Virus record (IMG/VR): IMGVR_UViG_3300037310_000048
Location: 1 to 56,994 of that record
DNA length: 56,994 bases
Source of the DNA: a virus
Lineage: Duplodnaviria; Caudoviricetes
Direction: 5' to 3' (one strand)
Shown in pieces: positions 17,815 to 27,541 of the stretch; position 1 is the stretch's first letter; each line of letters opens with the position of its first letter. The translations under genes and the position numbers were made by a program. The notes below the pieces were generated by a model. That model saw only the letters and a program-made list of their open reading frames with translations. It was not told the DNA's origin and searched no databases.

Positions 17815-19350
17815 ATGGCGTTCCAGACCACACCCGCACACGAAGCAATCTTCCAGGCCATCCGCGAGAAGGCCCGCAACGTCGTCATCGAAGCCGTGGC
17901 CGGGGCCGGTAAGACCACGACGATCGTCGAGGCCCTCCGCCTCGTGCCCACGTCCGAGCGATGCGTGTTCCTCGCGTTCAACGCGAGCATCGCGAAGGAG
18001 CTGGGCCGCCGCGTCCCCTCCCACGTCGAGGCCCGCACGCTGAACAGCCTCGGACACCGCGCGTGGGGGCGGCACGTCGAATCCACGCTCGGCCAGGGCC
18101 GGAACGCTGTGAAGGTCGACGGCGACAAGCTCATGTCGATCCTGCGCGCGGAGGAAGACAGGGGCACGCTGTCGACCGCCGAGAGCAAGTGCGGCATGGC
18201 CGCCCTCAAGCTCGCCCGGCTCGGCAAGTCGAACGGGATCGTGGTCGACAACACCCCGCGCCCTGGGCTCGTGGCCGACACACCCGACGAGTGGGTCCGC
18301 CTCGCGGACCACTTCGACGTCGAGCCCCCCGAGGACGTCCCGGGTTCGCTCGAGATCGCGATCTCTCTCGCCCGACGACTGCTCAAGGCAAGCACCGAAG
18401 ACCTGCTCGTCATCGACTTCGATGATCAGCTCTACCTCCCGTTCGTCTACAACGCCGACTGTTTCCGGTACGACCGGGTGTTCGTCGACGAGACGCAAGA
18501 CCTCTCGCCCCTGCAACACGATTTGCTCGCTCGCTCGCTCCGGGCCGGCGGGCAAGTCGTCGCGGTGGGCGATCCCTGCCAGGCGATCTACGGATTCCGC
18601 GGCGCCGACAGCCGCAGCATGGCGACGATGAAGGAGCGGTTCAACGCGATCACGCTCCCGCTCCACGTCTCCTACCGCTGTCCGCAAGCGGTGACCGCCC
18701 TCGCGCAAACCGTCGTGCCGCACATCCAGCCGCACGCGGACGCGCCCGCCGGGCTCGTCGAACAGAAGATCCATGACGCGGACAAGGCCGACCTCCGACC
18801 GGGGGACCTCGTGGTGAGCCGAACGAGCGCGCCCGTGGTCGCCCTCGCCTACCTGCTCCTCCGTCGTCGGGTTCCGGTCGAGGTGCTCGGCCGCGACGTG
18901 GGGAAGGGCCTGACCGCCCTGGTGAAGCGCCTCCGTGCGTCCACCGTGGCGGACCTGCTCGCCAAGCTCGACAGGTGGGAGAAGCGCGAGGTCGAGAAGG
19001 CCCGCGCACGCCACGCCGACGCCAAGGCCGCCGCGATCGAGGACAAGGCGGACACCCTCCGGGTGCTGTGCGACGACTCCGAGACGGTCGCCGACGTGCT
19101 CGACACGATCGAGCACCTGTTCAGCGGCGAGCGCAGCGAACATCGCGTCACGCTCGCCACCGTCCACAAGGCGAAGGGGCTCGAGGCCGAACGAGTCTGG
19201 ATCCTGAACCGCCACCTCATGCCGCACCCAATGGCGAAGCAGGCGTGGCAGCAGGAGCAGGAACGGAACCTGCTCTACGTCGCTATCACGCGCGCCAAGT
19301 CCGAGCTGCGGTTCGCCACCTACGACGTCAAGGATCGGAGGCCCGCGTGA
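17815..19350 (+). CDS. UvrD/Rep-like superfamily 1 helicase
   Basis: AVAGAGKTT, VDETQD, VGDPCQAIYGFRGA, SYRCP, TVHKAKGLE, NLLYVAITRA. Confidence 0.92.
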   Translation: MAFQTTPAHEAIFQAIREKARNVVIEAVAGAGKTTTIVEALRLVPTSERCVFLAFNASIAKELGRRVPSHVEARTLNSLGHRAWGRHVESTLGQGRNAVKVDGDKLMSILRAEEDRGTLSTAESKCGMAALKLARLGKSNGIVVDNTPRPGLVADTPDEWVRLADHFDVEPPEDVPGSLEIAISLARRLLKASTEDLLVIDFDDQLYLPFVYNADCFRYDRVFVDETQDLSPLQHDLLARSLRAGGQVVAVGDPCQAIYGFRGADSRSMATMKERFNAITLPLHVSYRCPQAVTALAQTVVPHIQPHADAPAGLVEQKIHDADKADLRPGDLVVSRTSAPVVALAYLLLRRRVPVEVLGRDVGKGLTALVKRLRASTVADLLAKLDRWEKREVEKARARHADAKAAAIEDKADTLRVLCDDSETVADVLDTIEHLFSGERSEHRVTLATVHKAKGLEAERVWILNRHLMPHPMAKQAWQQEQERNLLYVAITRAKSELRFATYDVKDRRPA

Positions 19351-19568
19351 AGGTCTGTCGCGCGTGCGGCGGGGACCTGCGCGTGCTCGGCATGCTCGGG
19401 TCCCGCGCGCACTATAGGTGCCGCTCGTGCGGTCTGGATTCCAGCAACTTGCGCGAGTTGTGCCAGGCGCACGCGATCGAGGAACCGTGTCGGTGGTGCG
19501 AAGTCGGGGTCGAGCCCGATGAAGACCTGATCGACGATCCGCCGCCGCGAGATTGGGGTGACCTGTAG
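19347..19568 (+). CDS. Small zinc-ribbon protein
   Basis: CRACGG...CRSCG...CQAH...CRWC; GTGA overlap. Confidence 0.55.
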   Translation: MKVCRACGGDLRVLGMLGSRAHYRCRSCGLDSSNLRELCQAHAIEEPCRWCEVGVEPDEDLIDDPPPRDWGDL

Positions 19569-19663
19569 ATCAGCACTCGGCGCCGAGATCAGGGCTCGAC
19601 GCGCGGCCGGTGCGCGTCTACGGTGCATGGCAGAGCGGCGAGAGCTGCGAAGGAGAACGACGG

Positions 19664-20935
19664 ATGATCGGTATGGGCAAGCGTCGCTCTCTCCTCCGTG
19701 TGCTCACCAACAGCGAACGCAGCGCCTTCGCCTGCCCTCGGCTCTGGTGGTTCGGCTACCACGAGGGGCTCACCCAACAGGTGACGCCGGCCCCCCTGCG
19801 CCACGGCTCCTTGATCCACAACGGGATCGCCGCGTGGGCTCGAGCTGCGTGCCGGCTCACGCTCGCCGAGATCGAAGCGGCCGTGATCGAACCGTGGATC
19901 GAGAAGCGGCGTGCGTGGGCGGACGAGCAGGAGAGCGATACCGTCGAGGCAGCGTTCGCCGAAGACATCGAGTTCGCCGATTTGGCCCGTGGCATCCTCC
20001 GCGGCTACCTGACCGAGCACGCCAGCGACGCCGAGGCGTGGGAGTACGTCGCCGTGGAAGCCCAGGTGGCCCGGTGGCTCGAGCACCCTGTCACCGGAGG
20101 GCAGATCGAGGACCGCCCCCGCATCGGCGGTGCTCGCCGCCGTCGGCGGTGGGCTTACGGGGGAAGCGTCGATCGCGTCGGCAGGCGCCGCAGCGACGGG
20201 ACGTGGTGGCTCTTTGAGACCAAGACCGCGAAGATCGCGTCGACCGGCTTCGACTCGTACCTGCGCAAGCTCCACTTCGATCCGCAGATCCGTGGCTACG
20301 GGTGGGCGCTGCAACAGCCGATCGTGGAGCACGTCCATCCGGCGCTCGCCCACCCGATCAAGATCGAGGGCGTGATCTACGACGTGGTGCGGAAGTCCGT
20401 CCCGAGAAAGCCCGAGGTGCTCAAGAGCGGCAAGGGGCTCTCTCGCGCCGCCTGTGACACTACCAGGGCGATCTACCTGTCCACGCTCCTCGAGCACGGC
20501 TTCAACCCGGACGACTACGCCGACCAGCTCGAGGCCCTCGAACACGCTCGCTTCTTCCACCGCGAGAGCTACACGTTCACCGACCGCGAGATCGACGACT
20601 TCGGCCGGGACGCGGCTTGGTCCGCCCTCGACGTGATTCGCGCCGAGGCCGCGACGTACCACCCGCGACAGGTGCAGGTCTGCCGAGGTGGAGCCGGGTT
20701 CGGGTGCCCGGGAGGATTCGAGAGCGTGTGCCTGGAAGACGGCCCGATGGCGCGCGCGAGCTACCGCACGATGACGATCCGGCACCCCGAGTTGACGGGC
20801 GATCTCGCCGAGCCGTGGATGGGGCCGCAGCGCGGCCAGGAAGCATCCAAGCCCATCGGCAGGCCGGACGACTTCCAGAGCAACGCCGAGCAGGCGGCAA
20901 ACACGCCTGACCTGTTCGGACCGCCGGAGGAGTGA
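19664..20935 (+). CDS. PD-(D/E)XK exonuclease (Cas4/RecB/AddB-like)
   Basis: SERSAFACPR, GSLIH, GSVDRV, FETKT, QIRGY; C-terminal three Cys consistent with an Fe-S staple. Confidence 0.82.
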   Translation: MIGMGKRRSLLRVLTNSERSAFACPRLWWFGYHEGLTQQVTPAPLRHGSLIHNGIAAWARAACRLTLAEIEAAVIEPWIEKRRAWADEQESDTVEAAFAEDIEFADLARGILRGYLTEHASDAEAWEYVAVEAQVARWLEHPVTGGQIEDRPRIGGARRRRRWAYGGSVDRVGRRRSDGTWWLFETKTAKIASTGFDSYLRKLHFDPQIRGYGWALQQPIVEHVHPALAHPIKIEGVIYDVVRKSVPRKPEVLKSGKGLSRAACDTTRAIYLSTLLEHGFNPDDYADQLEALEHARFFHRESYTFTDREIDDFGRDAAWSALDVIRAEAATYHPRQVQVCRGGAGFGCPGGFESVCLEDGPMARASYRTMTIRHPELTGDLAEPWMGPQRGQEASKPIGRPDDFQSNAEQAANTPDLFGPPEE

Positions 20936-21801
20936 CGATGGCGACCAAGAAGGCAGAGAAGGCGGCGGAGCCGGCAGACGTGAAGCAGGAGAGCGCGGAC
21001 CCGTGGGCGGACGTGAAGCCCGCGTCCGAGTTCGGCGTCTACGATCGGATCAAGGTGTTGCTCTACGGGCCGTCCGGTGCCGGCAAGAGCAGGTGCGCTG
21101 CGCTGTTCAAGCGCCCGCTGATCGGGCTCACGGAGCAACAGGCGATCCCGACCATCCGCAGGGCCAATCCCAACGCCCTGATCAAGCAGATCCACACCGC
21201 GAGGGACCTGACGGACTTCAAGGCGCTCGCCCGCCATCCCCGCACCGTGAAGGAGTGCGACGCCGTGGTACTCGATTCGCTCACAGACGCGCAGCGAATC
21301 ATTCGCTCCTACTACACGGGCCGCCAAAGCGAGAAGGCCGGCCGAGAGAAGACCTCGCAAGAGTCGTGGGGTCTGGTGATCGACGCGACCGCGCGCTACG
21401 CCCGCGAGCTGCGCGATCTCCCGATGCACGTCTGTGTGATCACCCTGGACGATGAAGCAACCGTCGAGGGCACCGGCATCGTGCATCGCCCTGGCGTGAG
21501 CGGGAAGCGTCTCCCGAACGACCTCGCGCAGTACTTCAACGCGGTCGGCTACGTCCACGTCGCCGAACAGGAAGGCGGGCTTCGCCACCAAGTCCTGTTC
21601 CGCGGCAACGACCGCTATCGCGTGAAGGGGATCGAGGGGCTCGAGGATCTCGAGCCGCCGGAACCCCTCGCGTGGATCGCACGCACGTCCGGCGGAGACG
21701 TTCCCGCCGACGTGCGTACCCGTATCGAGCGGTGGACGGCCCTCGGGACGTCTGCCGACGATGACAGCGGCTCCGAGACTGGCGCCGCTGCCGACGACTG
21801 A
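20932..21801 (+). CDS. AAA ATPase / Sak4-like single-strand annealing recombinase
   Basis: KVLLYGPSGAGKS, VVLDSLT, between exonuclease and SSB-like gene. Confidence 0.8.
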   Translation: MTMATKKAEKAAEPADVKQESADPWADVKPASEFGVYDRIKVLLYGPSGAGKSRCAALFKRPLIGLTEQQAIPTIRRANPNALIKQIHTARDLTDFKALARHPRTVKECDAVVLDSLTDAQRIIRSYYTGRQSEKAGREKTSQESWGLVIDATARYARELRDLPMHVCVITLDDEATVEGTGIVHRPGVSGKRLPNDLAQYFNAVGYVHVAEQEGGLRHQVLFRGNDRYRVKGIEGLEDLEPPEPLAWIARTSGGDVPADVRTRIERWTALGTSADDDSGSETGAAADD

Positions 21802-21821
21802 ACGCAGCACAAGGAGAGGAC

Positions 21822-22490
21822 ATGGCGAAGATCAACCCCAAGCAGCACACCGAGACGTACAAGGAGCAGAAGGCGTTCGACCGCACCGTCCCCGTGAGCG
21901 GCACGTTCGACGTGGTGGGCGTGAAGATGCAATGGCAGAAGGTCGGCCAGAAGGGGACCGAGCGCCTCCGCATCGTGACGCACGTCCTCCGCGTCGTGGA
22001 GGCCGCCGACGAGGAAGGCGCCCGCAAGATGGTCGGCGGGAGCTTCGGCCGCGATGTGTGGTGGAACCTCTACAAGGACGACGGAGAGACGCTCTCGTTC
22101 AACGGGGTGCAACTCGTGAACGCCGCGATCGCCTGCGGGTGCTCTGAGGAGTTTGACCCCGATGATCGGGACGAGCTGGTGAAGATCCTCACCGGCACGC
22201 CCTACCGCATCAAGATCGACGTCAAGAAGGGCGGCTCCGACGAGCGGCCGTTCTACAACGTCGACGTGATCGAGGTGAAGCACCTCTCGGCGGACGCGCG
22301 GAAGCGGTACACCTCCGCGCCCGACTGGAACAAGACCGTTCCGAAGCTCGAGGACCGGCTCCTCGATGACGCCGACTACTCCAAGCCGAAGGACGGCGGC
22401 AACGGCAAGTCTGACAGCAAGCCCAAGGACAAGTCCGACGCGGGATTCATCGACGACGACCTCCCTTTTGACGGTGCGATCGCCGCCTAG
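21822..22490 (+). CDS. SSB-like protein
   Basis: Follows Sak4-like gene; acidic tail FIDDDLPF. Confidence 0.65.
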   Translation: MAKINPKQHTETYKEQKAFDRTVPVSGTFDVVGVKMQWQKVGQKGTERLRIVTHVLRVVEAADEEGARKMVGGSFGRDVWWNLYKDDGETLSFNGVQLVNAAIACGCSEEFDPDDRDELVKILTGTPYRIKIDVKKGGSDERPFYNVDVIEVKHLSADARKRYTSAPDWNKTVPKLEDRLLDDADYSKPKDGGNGKSDSKPKDKSDAGFIDDDLPFDGAIAA

Positions 22491-22634
22491 AGCGCCTGCA
22501 AGGGTGCGGCGATCGCCAGGAGAGGCCACGAAACCAGACCCGTTCTGATCTCGCGCTCGAGGCGCCCCCTCCTCGAGCAACAGCCGCGACGAGCGCCCGC
22601 GGTCGGTGGCGCTCCCTCTCTCTCCGAGGCCAGC

Positions 22635-22919
22635 ATGAACGAGATCCTCGACGCTGCCACCAAAGCGATCGCGTCCTCCCAGGAGCACACGCGCGCGCTC
22701 TACAACCTCGTGGGCGCGAAGTGGCCCATGAACCAAGTGCCGGAGGAAATCGCCAGGGCCGCGGCGTCTCTCATGCGTTCCGCCTCCGAGACGGAGGCGC
22801 GCATCGTGGACCTCTCCGAGAAGGTCCGGCTCGAGCTGCGGTCACCGTCCGAGGTGGCCGCGGAAAACGAGGCCGCCGATCTCGCTGAACGCTCCTCGCA
22901 TCGCCCCGTGAGCCGCTAA
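22635..22919 (+). CDS. Hypothetical protein
   Basis: GAGG RBS, helical ORF. Confidence 0.55.
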   Translation: MNEILDAATKAIASSQEHTRALYNLVGAKWPMNQVPEEIARAAASLMRSASETEARIVDLSEKVRLELRSPSEVAAENEAADLAERSSHRPVSR

Positions 22920-22920
22920 C

Positions 22921-23265
22921 GTGGCCGTCAGGCGCACGCGAGGAACAGCCGTCGTCGACCGTCTCCGAGTCGAGGCGAGAACCCAGGAGATTCTTGTGGG
23001 CGAGCCGTTGCCGGGGCTCGGCCACAGGATCCCGGCCCGCCTCGTGATCGAGGGCGTCCGCGATCTGACGATTCACCAGAACGTGGATCCGCTCGACGTG
23101 AGCGTCAACGACAGCCGCGGAGCCCGAGAGTACCTCATGCCGCGCGCCGTTGACGTGCGCGTCGAAGCCGAGGCGATGCAGCTCCGGGTGGAGTACGCAC
23201 CCACGATCGCCGAGCTGGACTTCGGGTTCAGTTACGAGGCCGCCAATAAGCCGCGCACGGAGTAG
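22921..23265 (+). CDS. Hypothetical protein
   Basis: Tiling ORF. Confidence 0.55.
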   Translation: MAVRRTRGTAVVDRLRVEARTQEILVGEPLPGLGHRIPARLVIEGVRDLTIHQNVDPLDVSVNDSRGAREYLMPRAVDVRVEAEAMQLRVEYAPTIAELDFGFSYEAANKPRTE

Positions 23266-23275
23266 AGTCGGTGGG

Positions 23276-23650
23276 ATGATCCCCACGCTCAACTTCTTCT
23301 GCTACCGTGCCAAGCTGATCGCCGTGGTCGATGGCGACACCGCCGACCTTCTCGTTGACCTCGGCTTCCACGTCACTGTCTCATTGCGGTTCCGCCTGTT
23401 CGGGGTCGACGCGCCCGAGAAGCGCGGAGCTGCGTCCGTCGCCGGCAAGGCCGCGCAGGACGCGCTCGAGGCACTCCTGCGGGGCGCGAACGAGATCGTG
23501 GTCGAGACGATGAAGGACAAGACCGAGAAGTACGGGCGGTTTCTCGCCAGGATCTACGTCCGTCCCGTGGCCGGGGCGCCGTGGATCGACGTCAACGCGG
23601 TCATGATCGAGCAGGGCCACGCGACCGCCTATGAGGGGGGCGCCCGGTGA
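23276..23650 (+). CDS. Thermonuclease (staphylococcal nuclease-like)
   Basis: VVDGDT, DLGF, RLFGVDAPE, KYGRFLA, VNAVMIEQGHA. Confidence 0.88.
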   Translation: MIPTLNFFCYRAKLIAVVDGDTADLLVDLGFHVTVSLRFRLFGVDAPEKRGAASVAGKAAQDALEALLRGANEIVVETMKDKTEKYGRFLARIYVRPVAGAPWIDVNAVMIEQGHATAYEGGAR

Positions 23651-24108
23651 ACCTGTCCCCACACTTCACCCTCCGCGAGCTGTCGCGTTCGGAAACCGCT
23701 CTGCGGCGAGGGATCGACAACACGCCGAGCCAAGGCGTGATCGAGAACCTTCGGGCGCTGTGCGTCGCCGTGCTCGAGCCGCTCCGTGAGCACTTCAGCG
23801 TGGTTCGAATCTCGTCCGGCTACCGCTCGCCCGAGCTGAACCGGCTCGCCGGAGGGAGCGTCTCGAGCCAACACGTCCGCGGAGAAGCCGCCGACCTCGA
23901 GATCGACGGGGTGGACAACCTCACCGCAGCCAGGTGGATCGCTGCGAGCCTGCTCCCGTTCGACCAACTGATCCTCGAGTTCTACGTGCCGGGCGATCCG
24001 ACGAGCGGATGGATCCACCTCTCGCACAAGGCGACCGGCAACAGGCGACAGGTGCTCACCGCGAGCCGTAGCGGTGGAGCCGTGCACTACTCGCCCGGCC
24101 TCCCGTAA
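23647..24108 (+). CDS. Peptidase M15A (probable endolysin)
   Basis: LSPHFTLREL, ISSGYRSPELN, SQHVRGEAAD, WIHLS. Confidence 0.88.
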   Translation: MNLSPHFTLRELSRSETALRRGIDNTPSQGVIENLRALCVAVLEPLREHFSVVRISSGYRSPELNRLAGGSVSSQHVRGEAADLEIDGVDNLTAARWIAASLLPFDQLILEFYVPGDPTSGWIHLSHKATGNRRQVLTASRSGGAVHYSPGLP

Positions 24109-24228
24109 CGCCGAAGCCGCCCGGGGCGCACCCGAGCGGCTCTCACTTCTTCACCTGGCATGGCCCGCCTCCCTGCACGATAGACGCGAACACAGGGACG
24201 TGCTGACAACTGCTCGGTCCCGAGCAGA

Positions 24229-24423
24229 TCAGATCGTGGCGACCGCCCACCCGCGCAAGAGCAGCGTGCGGAGCTGCGGCGCGTTGTCGGCGATGACGTC
24301 GTTGGCGTTCACGGTGGAGCCCGTGATCTTGCTGCGCGCCTGGAAGTTGTAGGTGGCGAGGTTCAGGAGTTGCGTCCGCACGTCCGCGGGACGCTGACGA
24401 CGGCGGTTGTTCACGACGGCCAC
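24229..24423 (-). CDS. Small hypothetical protein
   Basis: GGAGG RBS then GTG, last gene of late arm. Confidence 0.5.
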   Translation of the reverse strand: MAVVNNRRRQRPADVRTQLLNLATYNFQARSKITGSTVNANDVIADNAPQLRTLLLRGWAVATI

Positions 24424-24433
24424 GGAGCACCTC

Positions 24434-25234
24434 CTATCGAGCGGAGATCCACTTCTCCGCCGACCTTCGACCATCTTCCCACCGCGCACGGACCTCGTTC
24501 AAGTCCAGGCCGAACTTGAGCCCGTCGCTCTTGGTTTCGATGCGGATCACCTCGGAGCCCTGCTTCCTGCTCGGGTGCGAGAGGTTCGCCGCGTCCATGC
24601 GGAGATCGAACAGGGCCGCCGCGTAGTCGTCCACCCCGCGCACCGGGACCGGCTCTGCGTCGTCCTGATCGGCGAAGCGGATCCCGACCGTCGGGGACGG
24701 ATAGTCGTCGAACAGGCCGTGCGGGAAGTTGTCGGTGGTGCCGCCGTCGACGTAGAGGCGAGCGTTGTTCGGCTCGAGGCGCGCAGCTCGGAAGAAGATC
24801 GGGATCGCCATCGTGCACCTGGCCGCGTCCTTCACGAGAACGTCCGGGTGGGAATCGCGCCCGACTGAGACGGCCCGCCTCGTCCACAGGTCGCAGACGA
24901 CGACGCGGCACGGGAGCACGAGATCCTTCATGCGCCGATCGCCGAACGTCTCGCCGAGGAGCTTGTAGATCGCGTCCCCTTTGTAGATCCCCCATCGGTC
25001 AAGGGGCCACCACGACTTGTCGAGGAGATCGCGGCGCGTGAGCATCTTCTCGCACAGCGCCTTGATCTCGCTGACGCCCATCCCGACCGCCACAGCGAGC
25101 GCGAGAATTCCGCCGCCTGACGCCCCGCCGACCGCGACAGGGCGAAGCCAGTCGGAGAGCGCCTCCCATGCGCCACCGTGGCACGGGATTCTGGTTCCGC
25201 TCCCCGACCACACCAGGCAGGAGTCTCGCTTCAT
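24434..25234 (-). CDS. Patatin-like phospholipase
   Basis: Oxyanion-like SGSGTR, nucleophile GASGG, catalytic YVDGG. Confidence 0.85.
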   Translation of the reverse strand: MKRDSCLVWSGSGTRIPCHGGAWEALSDWLRPVAVGGASGGGILALAVAVGMGVSEIKALCEKMLTRRDLLDKSWWPLDRWGIYKGDAIYKLLGETFGDRRMKDLVLPCRVVVCDLWTRRAVSVGRDSHPDVLVKDAARCTMAIPIFFRAARLEPNNARLYVDGGTTDNFPHGLFDDYPSPTVGIRFADQDDAEPVPVRGVDDYAAALFDLRMDAANLSHPSRKQGSEVIRIETKSDGLKFGLDLNEVRARWEDGRRSAEKWISAR

Positions 25235-25246
25235 CGATCGCCCTCG

Positions 25247-25714
25247 TCAGCTCAGGATCAGGATCGCCGCCGTGACCGTGGCCGGCGAGACTTCCGCCGC
25301 CGGGAGCGCGAGGACCACGGCGCGAACGGCGTCCGCCGTCGGAGCTGCCTCCACATCGTCGCGGAAGTCCGCGTAGGCCGCGAGAACGGTCTGGACCCAA
25401 TCCAGGGCCGGCTGGATGTACGCCTTGCGGTCGTTCTTCCCGTTCGCCACCGCATCCGCGTAGAGCGCGAGCAGGGACGATTGCGCTGCGACCGAGTACG
25501 ACGCTGCGATGTGCCTGGACACATCGTCCTTCGCAGCCGTCAACGCGGCCTCTCGAGCGAGAACCACGTCCGACGACTTGGCGGCTTGGCATGCCGCACA
25601 CAGGTAGCCCGTCACGCCGTCCTTGTCGGACGTGCCGAGCGTCGCCGCCCATCCGGGTTGTGCTGAACGCCCGGCGTGCCCGGGATCTTCACAGACGATG
25701 TTGAACGTGGGCAT
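25247..25714 (-). CDS. Hypothetical protein (possible fibre assembly chaperone)
   Basis: After fibre genes; C-terminal helical ...VEAAPTADAVRAV pattern. Confidence 0.5.
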   Translation of the reverse strand: MPTFNIVCEDPGHAGRSAQPGWAATLGTSDKDGVTGYLCAACQAAKSSDVVLAREAALTAAKDDVSRHIAASYSVAAQSSLLALYADAVANGKNDRKAYIQPALDWVQTVLAAYADFRDDVEAAPTADAVRAVVLALPAAEVSPATVTAAILILS

Positions 25715-25723
25715 GAAGATCTC

Positions 25724-26632
25724 CTAGTCGAGAAGTTGAACGACATTCCCAACGGAGCCTGCCACACCAGCACCGCCTCCGTTGGCGCCGCTCCCTGCGG
25801 TCCCCCCCGTGGCGGTGGCCGACCCGCTCCCCGTGATCGAACGCGAGACGAGAAGGATGAACCCGCCACCGCCTCCACCACCACCACCCACCGCGTTGGT
25901 CAGGTGGACGCCAGGGTTCCCGTTCCCGCCGTTGGCCGAGATCACGCCGTTGTTGACGATGGTCTTGGCGAGGATCATCACGACGCCACCGCCGCCACCG
26001 CCGCCGCCACCCGCGGATCCTCCGCTGCCAGCCCCGCCACCTCCGCCACCTCCGCCGAACCACCGTCCATTGGAGCCGGCGGTCGGAGCCAATGGGAACA
26101 GAAACGGGAGGGCTCGAGCTGCGCCGACAGTCGACGTGCCCCCCAACGCCCCCGTCCCGCCCGCGCTGCCGGTGGCTCCGCCGTTCCCGCCGGAGCCGCC
26201 CATCGGAGGTTGCGTGGCCGTGTTATAGGCGGTCGCATTGCCTCCCGCGCCCGATCCGCCGTTAGCACCGGCCAGAGCACCGCCGAGCGAGCGCGACGTT
26301 GACGTGAGCGCAGCTCCGCCGGCATTGAGCCCCGTCGCGTTGTTTCCGTTCCTGGCGATCGTTCCGTTGTTCGTCAGCGTGCCCTTGACGAAAATGCGGA
26401 ATCCGTTCGGGTTGAGGGTCGCGCCCACGTCGACCGTGAGGTTGTCATAGAGCATGTCCCTGGTGAGCGTGGTGTTCACCGAGATCGTGACGTTGCCGTC
26501 CGAGCCGTCTCCGAACCATGCGTCGTCACCGAGCAGGAGCGGATCGGGGACCCAGGCCGAGCCGTCCCACCGAAGCCCGTCGTTGGTGGCGGCCCCCTCC
26601 TGGGCGATCTGTTTGAGCCTAGGGTTTGTCAT
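25724..26632 (-). CDS. Glycine-rich virion protein, paralog 3
   Basis: KQIAQEGA, WFGDGSDGNVTI, LTRDMLYDNLTV, poly-Gly tracts. Confidence 0.75.
   Translation of the reverse strand: MTNPRLKQIAQEGAATNDGLRWDGSAWVPDPLLLGDDAWFGDGSDGNVTISVNTTLTRDMLYDNLTVDVGATLNPNGFRIFVKGTLTNNGTIARNGNNATGLNAGGAALTSTSRSLGGALAGANGGSGAGGNATAYNTATQPPMGGSGGNGGATGSAGGTGALGGTSTVGAARALPFLFPLAPTAGSNGRWFGGGGGGGGAGSGGSAGGGGGGGGGVVMILAKTIVNNGVISANGGNGNPGVHLTNAVGGGGGGGGGFILLVSRSITGSGSATATGGTAGSGANGGGAGVAGSVGNVVQLLD
25947..26011. repeat. 65-bp perfect direct repeat, copy 1 (copy 2 at 27764-27828)
   Basis: ccgttgttgacgatggtcttggcgaggatcatcacgacgccaccgccgccaccgccgccgccacc at both sites. Confidence 0.9.
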
Positions 26633-27541
26633 CTAGGCCGCCGTCGCCAGGTTGAGGATCGTTCCCGCCACGCCGGCACCACCCGCAACGCCAGTGCCGA
26701 CGCCCGCACCACCCGCGCCGCCTGCGGCCTCGAGCGTGCCGCTGTTGGTGAAGGTCCGGCGGATCAGGAAGATCACCCCGCCGCCTCCTCCACCGCCTCC
26801 GCCGACGTTGCCGGCCACCTGCGTCCTGCCGTTACCCCCGTTGGCGCGCATGATGCCGCCAGACTCGATCACGACAGAGCGGGCCGCAACATAGAGCGAG
26901 CCACCTCCGCCCCCACCGCCGCCGCCCTGGTTCGCGCCGTCGCCACCACCACCGCCGCCACCACCACCGCCTGAAAGAGCCTGGAAGTTGTCGTCGCCTG
27001 ACAGCGCGCCGTGGAACGCCGCGAGCCCGTAGCGGAACGCGCCTCGCCCGGCGGTCGGAGCGACGATGTTCCCGACGCCACCACCGGCCCCGGTGCCGCC
27101 AGCGCCACCGGCGCCGCCCGTGCCACCGAGCCCTGTGTTCGTCCCAGCGGCCGTGTTCCCGGCCCCCGTGTTGCCGTTGGCACCGTTGACCCCGGGGCTC
27201 AAGCTGGATTGAGCGGAGCCGCCGGTCGCCCCGAGGTTGCTCGTCGCGCTCGTGCCGTCGTTGTGCAGCACGCCGCCGCTCTGGATTGTGAGGGCGCCCT
27301 TCACCTGCACACGGAACCCGGCCGTGCGAAGCGTGCCGCCGCTTGCGATCGTGAGCGAGTTATAGCGCATGTCCCGCGTGAGCGTGACCGACGTCGAGAT
27401 CGTGACGTCGCCGTCCTCGCCAGTGCCGAACCAAACGGTGTCGCCCGCCGGCAGAAACACAGGCCCCCACGTCGAGCCGCCCCACTCGATCACGTCGCCG
27501 ACAGAGGCGCCCGATTGCGCGAGCTGCTTCGGGCGGATCAT
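26633..27541 (-). CDS. Glycine-rich virion protein, paralog 2
   Basis: KQLAQSGA, WFGTGEDGDVTI, LTRDMRYNSLTI. Confidence 0.75.
   Translation of the reverse strand: MIRPKQLAQSGASVGDVIEWGGSTWGPVFLPAGDTVWFGTGEDGDVTISTSVTLTRDMRYNSLTIASGGTLRTAGFRVQVKGALTIQSGGVLHNDGTSATSNLGATGGSAQSSLSPGVNGANGNTGAGNTAAGTNTGLGGTGGAGGAGGTGAGGGVGNIVAPTAGRGAFRYGLAAFHGALSGDDNFQALSGGGGGGGGGGDGANQGGGGGGGGGSLYVAARSVVIESGGIMRANGGNGRTQVAGNVGGGGGGGGGVIFLIRRTFTNSGTLEAAGGAGGAGVGTGVAGGAGVAGTILNLATAA

Noticed and set aside
19664-20935. Cas4-like nuclease as sign of a CRISPR system
   Set aside because: No repeat-spacer array or other cas genes seen; context is phage recombination
24434-25234. Patatin as CBASS effector
   Set aside because: No CD-NTase or other CBASS gene in the genome
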